A DNA stretch of 64,000 bases from Macrostomum hystrix (GCA_950097015.1 CATNEN010000008.1:2914001-2978000); one strand, 5' to 3'. Positions 1 through 12,420 are shown, counted from the stretch's first letter. Notes: generated by a model not told the origin, from the sequence alone. Program-made: numbers and translations.

Positions 1-200
1 TTTAAAAGCCTGGGAAGGCTGCACTGAGGCCAGAACCATTGAATAACTCGACGGCCTGAAGAGCTGGCGACTTGATTCTTGTTTCAGAAGATGTGCAACA
101 AATAGTTGGCCCGTGTTCTTGAGTTTCGTGTGCTTGCGTTGTTCCGTTCGGGTGCAACACAAAAAATGGTCAGGGGAGATCCCCCCTCTGGTAGATCTAC
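1..200. repeat. Dispersed repeat copy (unclassified family), inverted relative to the copy at ~14600-14770
   Basis: The reverse complement of 1-190 aligns with 14600-14770, e.g. CACCCGAACGGA(A/G)CAACGCAAGCAC and AATCAAGTCGCCAGCTCTTCAGGCCGTCGAG(T/A)TATTCAATGGTTCT. Confidence 0.75.
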
Positions 201-849
201 TGTTAAATTAGTACTTTTGCGCATCGAGTCAATTCCAGCACGGATCCAGACTGTTTAGTCCACTAACTGAGACCTCCAGTATTTACATCAGATCTGAAGA
301 GGAAGAAAATCAAGAAATAACAGTTTATCTCTTGAGTAGCATCGCTTGCGTAGGCGCCACTGGGATTTCACTGCATGGTAGGGAATAGGAAATATTATGG
401 TTTGAAGCCGGTTCTAAAAAGTCACTGCCTGTAGTATTTCTCAAACATGCTTCATGTTGCGTCAATCAAAATGAGCTTGCTTACGTAAAAACAACCCAAT
501 AGGCCATTGTGTCCGCTTTTGCATGCTAGCAATGCGCTCATGGCTCATGACCATTATTTAAATGCATTTCTAAATAATATTTCTACAATTCCTAAAGCGA
601 CTAACATATAGCCATCGTTTATTGCTAAATTGAGCCTGCAGATCCTCCGCAGTCGAGTATGGAATCTAACGACAATAATACTGAAGTCCTGTTTTAGACT
701 TTGTTGATACCGCACCTGTGTTGTATGAGGGAATTACTAAAGCGGCTTTTATACTCAAGCCAATCACTGACTTTTGTGCAGTCAGTCCATGGACTAAAAT
801 TTGTCTTTATTGCGCAGGTTTTTTCTTCCAAAAATTGGATTTATTGTTT

Positions 850-1110
850 CAACACCGTCACTGCATCCACGTGATTAGCGAGAGCTCGATTCCACAACTA
901 GGCGACCGAGAGAAGGCTTGGGGCTTGTCGTGCAATTTACGTTACGCCCTTAAGGGGCAACCTCCAAGGCACAGTGAGAGTGTACACTGACGGCCGATGT
1001 ACACACCTGTGTGAGAGTGTGCCTGTGTACGGTATCTGAGTCTGTGTGTGCTCAGGAGTCAGCGAAATCGGCAGAATGGCCTCCTCGCTGGCTGCGCGTC
1101 TAATGTCACG
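850..1110 (+). mobile_element. tRNA-derived SINE, family B (degenerate copy)
   Basis: B-box-like GAGCTCGATTCC at ~871-882. The body (GGGGCTTGTCGTGCAATT; GTGTGCTCAGGAGTCAGCGAAATCGGCAGAAT) matches the reverse complement of 15970-16270. Confidence 0.65.
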
Positions 1111-1334
1111 AAAATGATGTTCCATTGCTCACAGACCTGCAATTATTATTATATCATTACATGCATTAGTGATTCTATGCATTTGATTCTCAATTAGACG
1201 GAATAGTCTCATGGGCCACCTCTGTTGCACATTTACACCCGGAGTCCTATTCGACCATCAGAGTCTGCTCAGCAGGAGTACAACTCGCAATATCGCAATC
1301 AATAGTACATTTTATCCGTTTCTTTTATCCGTAA

Positions 1335-1337
<3 letters not shown>

Positions 1338-1368
<31 letters not shown>
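1338..1368. repeat. (AT)n microsatellite
   Basis: About 15 AT units seen directly. Confidence 0.9.
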
Positions 1369-1370
<2 letters not shown>

Positions 1371-2403
1371 GAGTATATAAATATGCCTTTTGCCCAACCC
1401 AACTTCTGACGAAACAAAAGTCAATATTTTGTCCATGCGATAAGTTGAGTTCAAGCATTCATTTCAGCATTTCCATAGCAATTTTCAATTCAATGTAGGT
1501 CTTACACATTCGTGCACTTCTGTTTGATAAAAGGCTGCCTGCATTAACAGTGCCATAATGCATCTCTTGCTCATACATCTCTATGCATGACTGTGTAGAC
1601 ATCGGGTCAGAGTGAGCAGAATGCTAGTCACATGTCATCATTGCAAGTAGACGACGTTGCAGAAGAGATTAACTTATCCGATCGAGTCCAGACAATCTTC
1701 AGATGAAACCGTCTATCATTGGTCAGGATGGGACTTGGGATTGAACAACAGCTGACAGGCTCCACGAAGACACTTTAATTTTCTTGCTAATTGAAAATAG
1801 CTAATCCAGGAAGTGAATTATTCCAATATTATTGCATTGTTGCCACCTCAATCGAAGACTCCGACTTGAGAACTCTTTCACTCAAACTGATCACAGTGGC
1901 CCGCGAGGTCCCACAGACATTTTTTGCAACAAAAAACTGAGGAAATGAGCCAGCTGGGTCGGCGAAAAGTACTTTTACTTCTGCGTGAATGCCTTGACCG
2001 AGGCAAAGGCAAATGTTGAAACAAGCATTTGGTTGAGCCAAATACTTTTCCAGTTCTTGTGTGCCCGATTCAAGATCACAAAGCGAACACACACGGACAG
2101 GGATTAAACAAAAGGTGGCGAAACTTAGACAAACAAGCAGCACCTCACCGAGACACTAATTTCTATCCTTTTTTATCCTATTTGAGCACACGGTGGCAGA
2201 TTGACAATGTCCTTGCTCTACTCACTGAGCATTCGATTCTATCTACTTGTATATTCAATTGAGCATTTTGCATATTCAGCTTCGTAGCAATTAACACTAG
2301 GAATGCTCTGACCAAAATATTATGCCTAGTTTTAAGTCCAAGATTACGTATATAATCATTAGACTCGACTAGGAAACCACAAGTTTGCAAACTGCCAATT
2401 GAT

Positions 2404-2615
2404 TGCACCTGTCCTAAATGGGTCAGATGTGCAGCCGACAGCACAGCCTCTGCTTTTGCAGTCCATGGACTGGGAAACGCCACAGATTCATTCCTGAGGT
2501 ACCCATTTAACACCTAGGTGAACGGAATCAATACAGAACTAATTGTCTTGCTTACGGACACATTGTTCCAGGGAATTCGGGAATCGAACCCCCGACATTC
2601 AAGTCGTCCAATAGG
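2404..2615 (-). mobile_element. tRNA-derived CORE-like SINE, family A (partial copy)
   Basis: Aligns with 12113-12420 (CAGATGTGCAGCCGACAGCACAGCC, CAGTCCATGGACTGGG, GGGAATCGAACCCCCGAC); B-box GGTTCGATTCC on the minus strand. Confidence 0.75.
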
Positions 2616-5600
2616 TGTTAATTCTACCCGTTCAATTTGAGAAATATTTATTTTATAGAAAACTTCAAAATTTCTCATTTTTAACGACAGAAGAAAGAGT
2701 TGCTGGGGTAGAAACTCGGGTAAGTGTCCAAATCGTTCCATTCAAACTGCGAATTGTTAAATCCCAATTTTTCGCATTGTATACAATACAATCCAATTGC
2801 ATTTCACTAGGATTATTCAGATTCGTCAAATCCCATGCAGTTTCTAGGAAAACATATTTCACATTTCAAATATCGAATCGTATGCAACGAAATTTGTGGA
2901 TCTGGCTTAAATAACGAGTATCGTTAATCAGCCGGAACGCACTTCTACGCTCTTTACCTGCGAATATACGGGAGGCCTTCAAAGGTTCTTCAAAGGTTAA
3001 GAGCTGTGGTTTGCAAGAAATAATTTTATCTAAACTCTTTATTTGTCGACTCAATAATAATTGAAAGCATGCAAATGAGTCCCGAGTTGGAGTTTGTCTG
3101 CACGCCAATCAGACACTGAAAAACTTTATTCTCTCCATTAATGCAGGCTCTTCTGCTTCTCAACCAAGCTCTTTGTCACAATTCACCAAAGGTTTAGAGC
3201 AGAAAACATTGAATTTCAGTTCCCTAAAATTGTAGCGCCACTTCAAGTGAGTACGACAGGCTTCGACTGTATGCAGAATGCATTTTCTGTGTATAAAAAA
3301 TTCTCTTAGACGCTTGAAGACAGACAGGCAATTGGAAGTGACAGTTGCTTTGGGACTTAAAAATGCACTCAAGATTGCACCTAGTTCTGCCAGTGGGTCT
3401 AATCAACCAGCGTTTATCAATTGTTCAAATTCCAACTCTTCCTAGAGCTGTTGGACCTCTATGTTCTCAAGTGAAGGATGTTGGCGATGTCACTGAAGGC
3501 TTTGCGTCACAACTAATGGAAACGAGTTCCAGTAATTATTAAAATAGCTTTCTCGTTCAACACACTCAGAGACGCAAATGTTTATGTAGCTAAATCCAGG
3601 AAATCATAGTGGCGGTTTAAACTAGAGGATCAGCAATGTCCAAAGCCGATTAATTCGCAGATTGATTTCCGGAATTGCCTTCAAAAGTTTCATCTCTAGA
3701 AAGAAAATGTTCTGAATTGTTTATCCTTCTCCATAAAACTTTTTGTTCCGTTTGAAACGTTGGATATCGCTTTAGAAGCGGCACACGCACAGTTTCCCTT
3801 ATTTGGGCACCCCATCTACAGTCGCTTTCGAAATAAGCTTCGCCTTTGCGAGCTCGCTTTCTTAGAATTCGAGTGCCACGGGAGACGAGTTGAAGATCTG
3901 GCGGGAACACAGATGAAAAGGCGGCTTAATGCGGGGCATTATTTAATAGTCCCACACGGCGTCCCAGCGGAGAGCACATGCTGAGCTCCGGGCTCTCGTT
4001 CGCATTGCTATTATGTTATTTGGGCTTTCGTTTTTCGCATTCTAGTGCAAGCCACGGGTATATACACTTTCTACCCAAGTTGCTTTTTGACGCAAGCCTT
4101 CAACATATTTTTGTTCATCGTCTGGCCGCTCGGCGCAGGCCGACTTCGAGTTCCCGAGCTGCGGTGCGAGAAATCGCCCAGGGCTGAATTAACTTCCTGA
4201 CCGAACGAACTTACCGGTCCTTTCACTCCTCGCTCCCAGTCTCTCGCTCGCTCAGTCTACGCTCCGCTATTCAACTAAACAGCTCCCCCTCCCTTGCTCA
4301 AACTCTCTCCGTTAGAGGAGCACAGGAAGACGGAGAACACGCGAACATAGTCACGAGCAGCGACACGTTTTATAACAATGTCGTTGAGGCTTGCAGTTCA
4401 TCCGCATAGTCCCCATGGGATACCCGAGCAAACCCCAATCCACAAACCAGCTGCCTCACGGGAGTGCGGCCAAATTTCCGATAAACTTTTTTTGTAAGCA
4501 GCTGTCGCATTTGCATTTCGAAATTAGCTGGCAATTGAAGGCAGGTTATGTGCAAGTCAGCAGGACATTGCAGCAGGTCTGACGTAGGCAAACGAGTCTC
4601 GCCTGACTGTTGATCATGGTATAATGTTACATTTATCAAATTTCGACAAAGACTCTTTAGGCCTTAATTTGACGATCCGCAGCTTAGGTGGACGCGCACT
4701 TCAGAGCCAATAATGTTTTGAGTCATCGGCGAGTGCAGCCACTCTATCAGCCAAGCCATCATTCACTTTAACCGCGCAGTGCAGTCGCCAATTTTGTCGA
4801 ACAAACAAAGCCATCGTTTGACTCCGCAAAAAACAGGCCATCTGTTTTCAATGCTTCGGCAGAAAAAGTTAATTAACTGGCCAGCTCTCAATCACGGGAC
4901 CACCTGAGGAGCTAGTGAAATTCAATAGAGCAAGGCTTTACCTAGCGAACCAATTCTCAAACGCTTGATTCGTTATGCTTACTCAAGTCTGTCAGAGCGG
5001 TTCTCCGCGCAAAAAAGGATGACATGGGAGCCCTGAAAAAGATTAGTCAGATTTTTCTTTTCTTCCAAGAGCCTGCGATCGTATCAGGCAATAAAACAGT
5101 GCACCGCTTTCTCTGGACCTCCTTGGTGCTATCGGCGCTAAAAAAAAGAGACTGAAATAATTTATGACAGGAATTTCTGTCGGTCGTGCTCTGCACAGCC
5201 AGTCAATAATTGTCGTCAACGTCCATCGCTCGATTTTGTAGTTTCTTTGCATTTTAATCTCTCCCTCTTAAATGAACCGTTTTTAATGACCTTGTCGTCT
5301 TCTTTATTTGGCATCCTCGTCGTTCTGTTGAACGAGCATTAGCGAAGCAGCCGCCACTCTCCCAGCAGTTATTCGATGTTGTACTTTGCGACTATTGTCA
5401 CGATCACAAATGAGTCAACTCAAAACATATCAGAAAAATCGTGCAGCTTCGCAATCTTGATTACATGCCGTTGAACTTCTTAAAAATATCATTTTCTTCT
5501 TCAAAATTTGGCGAACAAATCCAAAAAGTAAATGAAATTTAGATTGTCACGCAGAAATCATCTAAAAGAGAGACTAACCAAGACACCGCGATGCCATGAG

Positions 5601-6123
5601 TCAACGACAGTTGTCAGCTGTTCACTACTAATGAAAATCTGGAATGGAAATCGAAACACACATTCATCAGTGTTGGAGAGATGCATCAAGTGTGTAGGGG
5701 TGAGGGGAAAACAGGTACCGCGTACAGGGCATCGCAGAGACCAAACGGAGACTAATTGCTTTAAGTTTCAATTTTCTCGCGGTCTTTAGCATCAAATTTA
5801 GATTAATTGCGAGCACGGCAGATCGGTGGAATTATGTTGCCGCTTTATTAGGCATGCAACGGATTTCGCCTGTGGGGGGGCGGATTTGCTGGACGGAATG
5901 AATCCATCTACACCCAATGGGAATCCAGTAACAAGACAGCGGGGGTGGAAGGCGGCTGAGGGGATGGAACAAGCTATAAATTCGCCACCACTATCTAGAG
6001 CTCCCAGTTGCTGCTCTCCAATTTAGAAGGCTTCACAACAACTACCAAATTTGCTTCTTGTCAGAATTAAAGGAAAAAGCTGTCGGTTACTTGCTGCGCC
6101 ACATCAACCCAGCTAACCGAGAT

Positions 6124-6756
6124 ATGTTTGCGTCGAGCTGCGGAATCGTTCGTGCACTTGCCTACGGGCTGCTACTTCTAGCTGTCGCTGCCGCAGCCCG
6201 GGCTGCAAGCGCTCCCGTCGCCTCTGCTGACGCTGTGGAACACACCCACCACGACCATCAAGTTGCGAAGCGATTCTTTGGTGGTGACCGTTACAAGAAG
6301 TTTCTTGACCCCAATGACCGCTTCAAGAAGTTTTTCGAAGGGAGCGATCGCTACAAACGGTTTTTCGAGGATAATGATCGCTTCAAGAGGTTCCTAGAAG
6401 CGAACGATCGGTACAAGAAGTTCCTTGATACTAACGACCGCTTCAAGAAGTTCTTCGAGGCTAACGATCGTTTTAAGAGGTTCCTGGAGACTAACGACCG
6501 CTACAAGAAGTTCTTTGAGGGGAACGACCGCTTCAAGAAGTTCTTCGAGGCTAACGACCGCTTCAAGAAGTTCTTTGAGGCTAACGATCGTTTTAAGAGG
6601 TTCCTGGAGACTAACGACCGCTACAAGAAGTTCTTTGAGGGGAACGACCGCTTCAAGAAGTTCTTTGAGGCTAACGATCGCTTCAAGAGGTTCCTGGAGA
6701 CCAACGACCGCTACAAGAAGTTCTTTGAGGCTAACGACCGCTTTAAGCGAGCCTGA
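6124..6756 (+). CDS. Secreted neuropeptide precursor, 210 aa, 16 peptides such as FFEANDRF, FLETNDRY and FFEGNDRF
   Basis: ATG 6124. Hydrophobic signal peptide (ALAYGLLLLAVAAAARA), then 16 peptides each flanked by KK/KR. Synonymous codons vary between copies. Stop TGA 6754-6756; AATAAA at 6887-6892. Confidence 0.92.
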   Translation: MFASSCGIVRALAYGLLLLAVAAAARAASAPVASADAVEHTHHDHQVAKRFFGGDRYKKFLDPNDRFKKFFEGSDRYKRFFEDNDRFKRFLEANDRYKKFLDTNDRFKKFFEANDRFKRFLETNDRYKKFFEGNDRFKKFFEANDRFKKFFEANDRFKRFLETNDRYKKFFEGNDRFKKFFEANDRFKRFLETNDRYKKFFEANDRFKRA

Positions 6757-6886
6757 AGTGAAGGAAGCTATGAACTGAAAGAATTCTGATGAAACTGCTG
6801 AATGCTAGCTGTGGCAGAGCAAGCGACAAGATTAAGAACAGCAATAACAATTTTCTCATAAGAGTTCACGCACTTTGATTCGCTGT

Positions 6887-6892
6887 AATAAA
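6887..6892 (+). terminator. Polyadenylation signal of the neuropeptide gene
   Basis: AATAAA ~130 nt downstream of the stop codon. Confidence 0.55.
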
Positions 6893-7224
6893 CATTGCTA
6901 ACCAGCGGTGGGAGTTTTTTAGATACTTAGATAGTCTGCGCTGTGGAGAGATTAAAATTCAGAAGCATACAGCTTGCAAAGATTAATAGAACAAGCAATA
7001 CATTTCTGGTCATATTGGACCTTACGGCTTTTTCTTTACTGTTCGTCCTTTCTGGTTTCTTCAAAAGCTAATTAAGATTATTTCTAAAATATACAAGAAA
7101 GCGAGACGTTTATCTGTCAAATGGATCATATCTGACTAACTGTTCATTTTGGTTGTAGCTCGTAGATTCAGTTGCTCTTGGAGCAAAGATGCAATCATTA
7201 TTTTTAATCCCGTCGATTAACTCT

Positions 7225-7340
7225 GATCCCGAAGATTATCTCTGATTCGGTAGATTATCTTTGATCCCATAGATTATCACTGATTCGGTAGATTATCTCT
7301 GATTCGGTAGATTATCTTTGATTCGGTAGATTATATTTGA
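7225..7340. repeat. Short ~19-bp tandem repeat (GATTATCTCTGATTCGGTA)
   Basis: About 5-6 imperfect copies. Confidence 0.8.
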
Positions 7341-8144
7341 TATTGTTTCTGATTTCTTACCGGCAGTCAGATTACCGGCATCCCGCTTTTAGTGACTCGC
7401 CGAGTTTATTAAAGTGCAACGAACTCTAGCCGACTCAGCAGAACAAACCCGGAGCCCACCTGGAATTTCGATCGATGCTCCGCGTCTTAGAAAATTGTGA
7501 GAGAGCATCAGCAGCTGGTCAGTGGGAATTCAATTTCTATTCATTAAAGAAATCGAATTTAATATTCATTGCAGGAAAAGGAATCGGGGCTCGCGAGTGG
7601 AAAGCTGATAAAGAATTTTGTTCAGTCGTCTGTAACTCTAAAAGTATCATTTAGTGTGGCTCAGCTGGTCTCAATCTGAAGTTTTCTGAGCCAAGCTCAT
7701 TCGTTTTTCTACAAAGTTATGCGATCATAAAGTGCATTATTTTTTGCAACGATTATGTACGAGTATATTTCAACGAATTACCGGGAGTAGAAATAGTGTT
7801 GAGATTCTCAAAAACAAAATTTGTACTTTTGTCTTCATTCTGTCTATTCTGTCTAGCTCAATGGCAAACATTTCTGAATTAAATTTCACAAAGTGTATTT
7901 TAACCTTTCGTCTTTTCCTGCTTGGCTTAGAGAATGTTTTCATGTGTGCTAATAATCTTAGCTTCATGCACAGTCCTGTGGGAAATTTTATTTATTAATA
8001 TTTAATTACTACTCAAGTAATTACATGCATTTGCGCTTAAAGAAGACAGTATTTAGAGTTTTAACGATACTTGGCGAGGCATGGTCTTGCATGAGCTGAT
8101 TGAACCAACTCATCATATCTGAGAGTATAAAATAGCTCAAATAC

Positions 8145-9112
8145 TTCCCTACATCACACAGATAACAGCCCTCAGCCAGCTCCTCCCTACATCACACCTC
8201 AGATAACAGCCCCTCAGCTAGCTCCTCCCTACATCACACCTCAGATAACAGCCCCTCAGCTAGCTCCTCCCTACATCACACCTTAGATAACAGCCCTCAG
8301 CCAGCTCCTCCCTACATCACACCCCAGATAAAAGCCCTTCAGCAAGCTCCTCCCTACATCACACCTTAGATAACAGCCCTTCAGCAAGCTCCTCCCTACA
8401 TCACACCTCAGATAACAGCCCCTCAGCTAGCTCCTCCGTACATCACACCTTAGATAACAGCCCCTCAGCTAGCTCCACCCTACATCACACCTCAGATAAC
8501 AGCCCCTCAGCAAGCTCCTCCCTACATCACACCCCAGATAACAGCCCTTCAGCAAGCTCCTCCCTACATCACACCTCAGATAACAGCCCTTCAGCAAGCT
8601 CCTCCCTACATCACACCTCACATAACAGCCCCTCAGCTAGCTCCTCCGTACATCACACCTCAGATAACAGCCCCTCAGCTAGCTCCACCCTACATCACAC
8701 CTCAGATAACAGCCCCTCAGCAAGCTCCTCCCTACATCACACCCCAGATAACAGCCCTTCAGCAAGCTCCTCCCTACATCACACCTTAGATAACAGCCCT
8801 TCAGCAAGCTCCTCCCTACATCACACCTCAGATAACAGCCCCTCAGCTAGCTCCTCCGTACATCACACCTCAGATAACAGCCCCTCAGCAAGCTCCTCCC
8901 TACATCACACAGATAACAGCCCCTCAGCTAGCTCCTCCCTACATCACACCTCAGATAACAGCCCCTCAGCTAGCTCCTCCCTACATCACACAGATAACAG
9001 CCCTTCAGCAAGCTCCTCCCTACATCACACCTCAGATAACAGCCCCTCAGCTAGCTCCTCCCTACATCACACAGATAACAGCCCGTCAGTCAGCTAAACA
9101 CCACATCACACC
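8145..9112. repeat. ~42-bp minisatellite (CTCCTCCCTACATCACACCTCAGATAACAGCCCCTCAGCTAG)
   Basis: About 23 near-identical tandem copies with no spacers. Confidence 0.95.
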
Positions 9113-9634
9113 TTTAAAAAACTCAACTAGAAGCAAGTTTTGTTTTGTTCGGTCTCGAAATAAATGTAAAATATGCTTTGCAGGAATGCCTCTAAAATTG
9201 CCATAGACCAAATTAGCAAATAGCAAATATTAATAATATTTCCAGGAACCAAGAGCTTGCTACATGTAAAAAATATAGAAAAAAGCAGCCAGGTCACAGT
9301 CATTTTTATTATTTCCTGCCAGCAATATTGAATGTGTCATTTAAGCAGCCAACAATGAGCTCAGCAATATATCTTAGCTCCGTCAACAAAATAGAAGAAG
9401 GCGCTATAGACAGAATTTCCAAAAATCAAATCGCCAATCAGGAGCAGAGTCGGTTTCTTGCAGTTGTGAGTACTAATTTTAACTTATGCATTGTCACTAA
9501 ATATGACACCGTCTTGTTTCTAGAGCGGAAAATCCTATTATCCATTAAGAAATTTCTCAGAGGTGCACACGATTAAAAATATTGTTGGATGTGTATAGAT
9601 GGCTAGAAATCACACCTTTGTCCATGCTCGTGTA

Positions 9635-9780
9635 CAACTGTTCAGTCCGTGGACAGGGAGGCTGCCACACCCGCATGAATTTCTACACCAGCTGATGCTG
9701 GTACCCATAGCTGCTGCTAGAGTTAGGTGAGCTCAAGCACTGATAAAAATAATTAAGGTTGGTTTAAAGGACACGAATAG
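9635..9780 (-). mobile_element. Degenerate SINE family A fragment
   Basis: CAGTCCGTGGACAGGG...CCAGCTGATGCTGGTACCCATA...AAAGGACAC matches the body of 12113-12420. Confidence 0.55.
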
Positions 9781-9935
9781 CTTCTATTAGGCTGAGATGT
9801 TGCACGCATGTGAATTAGCGGAATGACGGTAATCGGCGAATTGTTGCGCGACCCTTAGCATATCATCATTAGTACGACTTGACGAACAAGGGAAAAAAGC
9901 AACAAAAATGTTTGCACACACACACACAAACACAG

Positions 9936-10259
9936 GTCGTCCATGTGGCATTGATCCTGCTGACCTTACTCGGCCTGACTGTGTACATAGCCTCCGCTAG
10001 CGCCATCTCCTGCCGCATTATGGACAAGATGATCAAAGCGCAGAGCTGTCACGTGACTGTCAGGCCGTTCTCCAACCTGTGGCAGGCCCCAGTCTACTTT
10101 ATGCTGGCACTGAATGTTGCGGCGGCTGCCCTGTTCCTTCAGGGCCTCATGCTGGGATTCAAAATCGGTCACGGCGACTCCTTCCGGCGAAGTCCTTGTG
10201 TTGTCCCGGTCAGCCTACGAAAATCGTGTGTTAGTGAAAGGTTCGAGATCCTCATTTAG
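9936..10259 (+). CDS. Possible exon of a small membrane protein (two hydrophobic segments)
   Basis: After ACACAG at 9935 there is a GC-rich open frame VVHVALILLTLLGLTVYIASASAISC...APVYFMLALNVAAAALFLQGLMLGFKIG. No partner exon or family could be identified. Confidence 0.3.
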   Translation, partial: VVHVALILLTLLGLTVYIASASAISCRIMDKMIKAQSCHVTVRPFSNLWQAPVYFMLALNVAAAALFLQGLMLGFKIGHGDSFRRSPCVVPVSLRKSCVSERFEILI

Positions 10260-10299
10260 CCATGCACGCGCATCACAAATTCCACATCCTTGACACCAT

Positions 10300-11069
10300 C
10301 CGCATCCTTCCCACCCTCTGCACCCTTCACACCTTCTGCACCCTTCACACCCTCAGCATCCTTCACACCCTCTGCACCGTTCACACCCTTTGCTTCCTTC
10401 ACATCCTCTGCACCCTTCACACCCTCAGCATCCTTCACACCCTCTGCACCCTTCACACCCTCTGCACCCTTCACACCTTCTGCACCCTTCACACCTTCTG
10501 CACCCTTCACACCCTCAGCATCCTTCACACCCTCAGCATCCTTCACACCCTCAGCATCCTTCACACCCTCAGCACCCTTCACACCCTCAGCACCCTTCAC
10601 ACCCTCAGCATCCTTCACACCCTCAGCACCCTTCACACCCTCAGCACCCTTCACACCCTCAGCACCCTTCACACCCTCAGCACCCTTCACACCCTCAGCA
10701 TCCTTCACACCCTCAGCACCCTTCACACCCTCAGCACCCTTCACACCCTCAGCACCCTTCACACCCTCAGCACCCTTCACACCCTCAGCACCCTTCACAC
10801 CCTCTGCACCCTTCACACCCTCAGCACCCTTCACACCCTCAGCACCCTTCACACCCTCAGCACCCTTCACACCCTCAGCATCCTTCACACCCTCAGCACC
10901 CTTCACACCCTCAGCATCCTTCACACCCTCAGCACCCTTCACACCCTCAGCACCCTTCACACCCTCAGCATCCTTCACACCCTCAGCACCCTTCACACCC
11001 TCAGCACCCTTCACACCCTCAGCACCCTTCACACCCTCAGCACCCTTCACACCCTCAGCACCCTTCACA
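10300..11069. repeat. 18-bp minisatellite (CACCCTTCACACCCTCAG)
   Basis: About 42 tandem copies; produces spurious ORFs in four frames. Confidence 0.95.
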
Positions 11070-12112
11070 TTGATCGCACCAGTGTTCTATTAGTACAGCT
11101 GAAGCCCATTTATCAACATTGCAGCGCCTTGGATGGCAGTGTGTTGCGCCTTGTCTACACGACTCGATGCAGCGACGATGTCGTAATCCGGGCCCAGCTG
11201 CCGTCCAGTAATTCTGGCTCAAAAAAGTCGCGCTGGAATGGTCAGGGCAGCTTAAGTTACGGGCAAGTAAGCGATCAAAAGCAACAACAGCAGCAGCTGC
11301 TGAGGCGCCAGCAGTTTTCAATGTGGTGATGATGCTTCTAGCTCTGGACAATTTGTACATAAATGACTCGGTTTCCGTTCAAAACTCCAAAGAATTCGTT
11401 CCTAAACGAATAACCAAACCATGATACGAGTAAAAGCGTATTTACGCAATGACATGTACTTTTGCTTTACTATAGCCAGACATTTTTTTGGAAACTGGTC
11501 CTTTTGTATGTTTTTATCAGTGACAAAATACTTAGTACAACGTAAATAGTGTGTAGTAATAAAAAAGTATGAGAACTAGCAAATAAAAAGTGCTAAAAAT
11601 GCGATGACAAGTCCCACTTACTTCAATCAGATCATGTCGTTTAGTTTCTTTTATTAAAGAAAACTAAAGCTATTATTCGTTAGCAATATTGAAATTTGAA
11701 GAAAGTGATTAAAAACTATAAAGTTGTTTTTCGCCCAAAAATAATTAATTATCCTTCTAAATAACTTTTCACTAGGTACCGAGGCAAATAATCTCTATTT
11801 TAATTAGCATCAAGTAACAAACGACAGCCAGCGAGCAGTCAACGTTCCTGCTCTTGCGTTTTTATTTAATTTAACGGACGTCTTCAAATCTTTAAGTCAA
11901 GGACCCTAAAAACATGGAATCGACATGGCTGCATCAATTAAGTCTGATATGTAGCTTTTAAATGACATGTTTAATTGACTGGCTCACAAAAACGAAGCTA
12001 AAAACGTAATAACGTCAATTATATGGGAAGACAACTAGTCTCCCAGACGTTATGCCCCCTGTCTGCGAGGTTTATTTCCACGGATCAATTTAATGCACAT
12101 TAATTGTTTCTT

Positions 12113-12420
12113 CAATAATAATAATTCATAATTTATTACACCTGTCCCAATCGGGCCAGATGTGCAGCCGACAGCACAGCCGCAGCTATTGCGCGGCGCA
12201 TCTGAAGACTGCGTACAGCTTCTCAGTCCATGGACTGGGGGGACGCCACACCCACCTTCACTTATCCCAGCTAATGCTGGTACCCATATAACAGCTGGGT
12301 GAACTGAAGCAATGCAGAGTTAAGTGTCTTGCTAAAGGACACAAATTGTTTCAGTGGAGTCGGGAATCGAACCCCCGACCTTCAAGTCGTGAGTCCGACG
12401 CCCTAACCACTAGGCTACAA
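12113..12420 (-). mobile_element. tRNA-derived CORE-like SINE, family A (most complete copy)
   Basis: Minus strand has A-box TAGTGGTTAGG (12402-12412) and B-box GGTTCGATTCC (12363-12373). These are followed by TGTGTCCTTTAGCAAGACACTTAAC...CAGTTCACCCAGCTGTTATATGGGTACC, which resembles the CORE/MIR central domain, and an (ATT)n-like tail near 12115-12135. Confidence 0.82.

Noticed and set aside
6786-6800. CTGATGA hammerhead-ribozyme core in the neuropeptide 3' UTR
   Set aside because: No flanking stems or correctly spaced GAAA could be seen.
8145-9112. CRISPR-like appearance of the regular arrays (here and elsewhere)
   Set aside because: Head-to-tail repeats with no unique spacers, no cas genes, and a eukaryotic context.
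10256-11329. Long ORFs (KGAEGV, PSAPFT and HTLST repeats)
   Set aside because: Translations of an 18-bp minisatellite that is open in four frames; no signal peptide or unique domain.
12345-12420. Possible tRNA gene
   Set aside because: A- and B-boxes are present but run directly into a SINE body found in several copies; no convincing acceptor stem.
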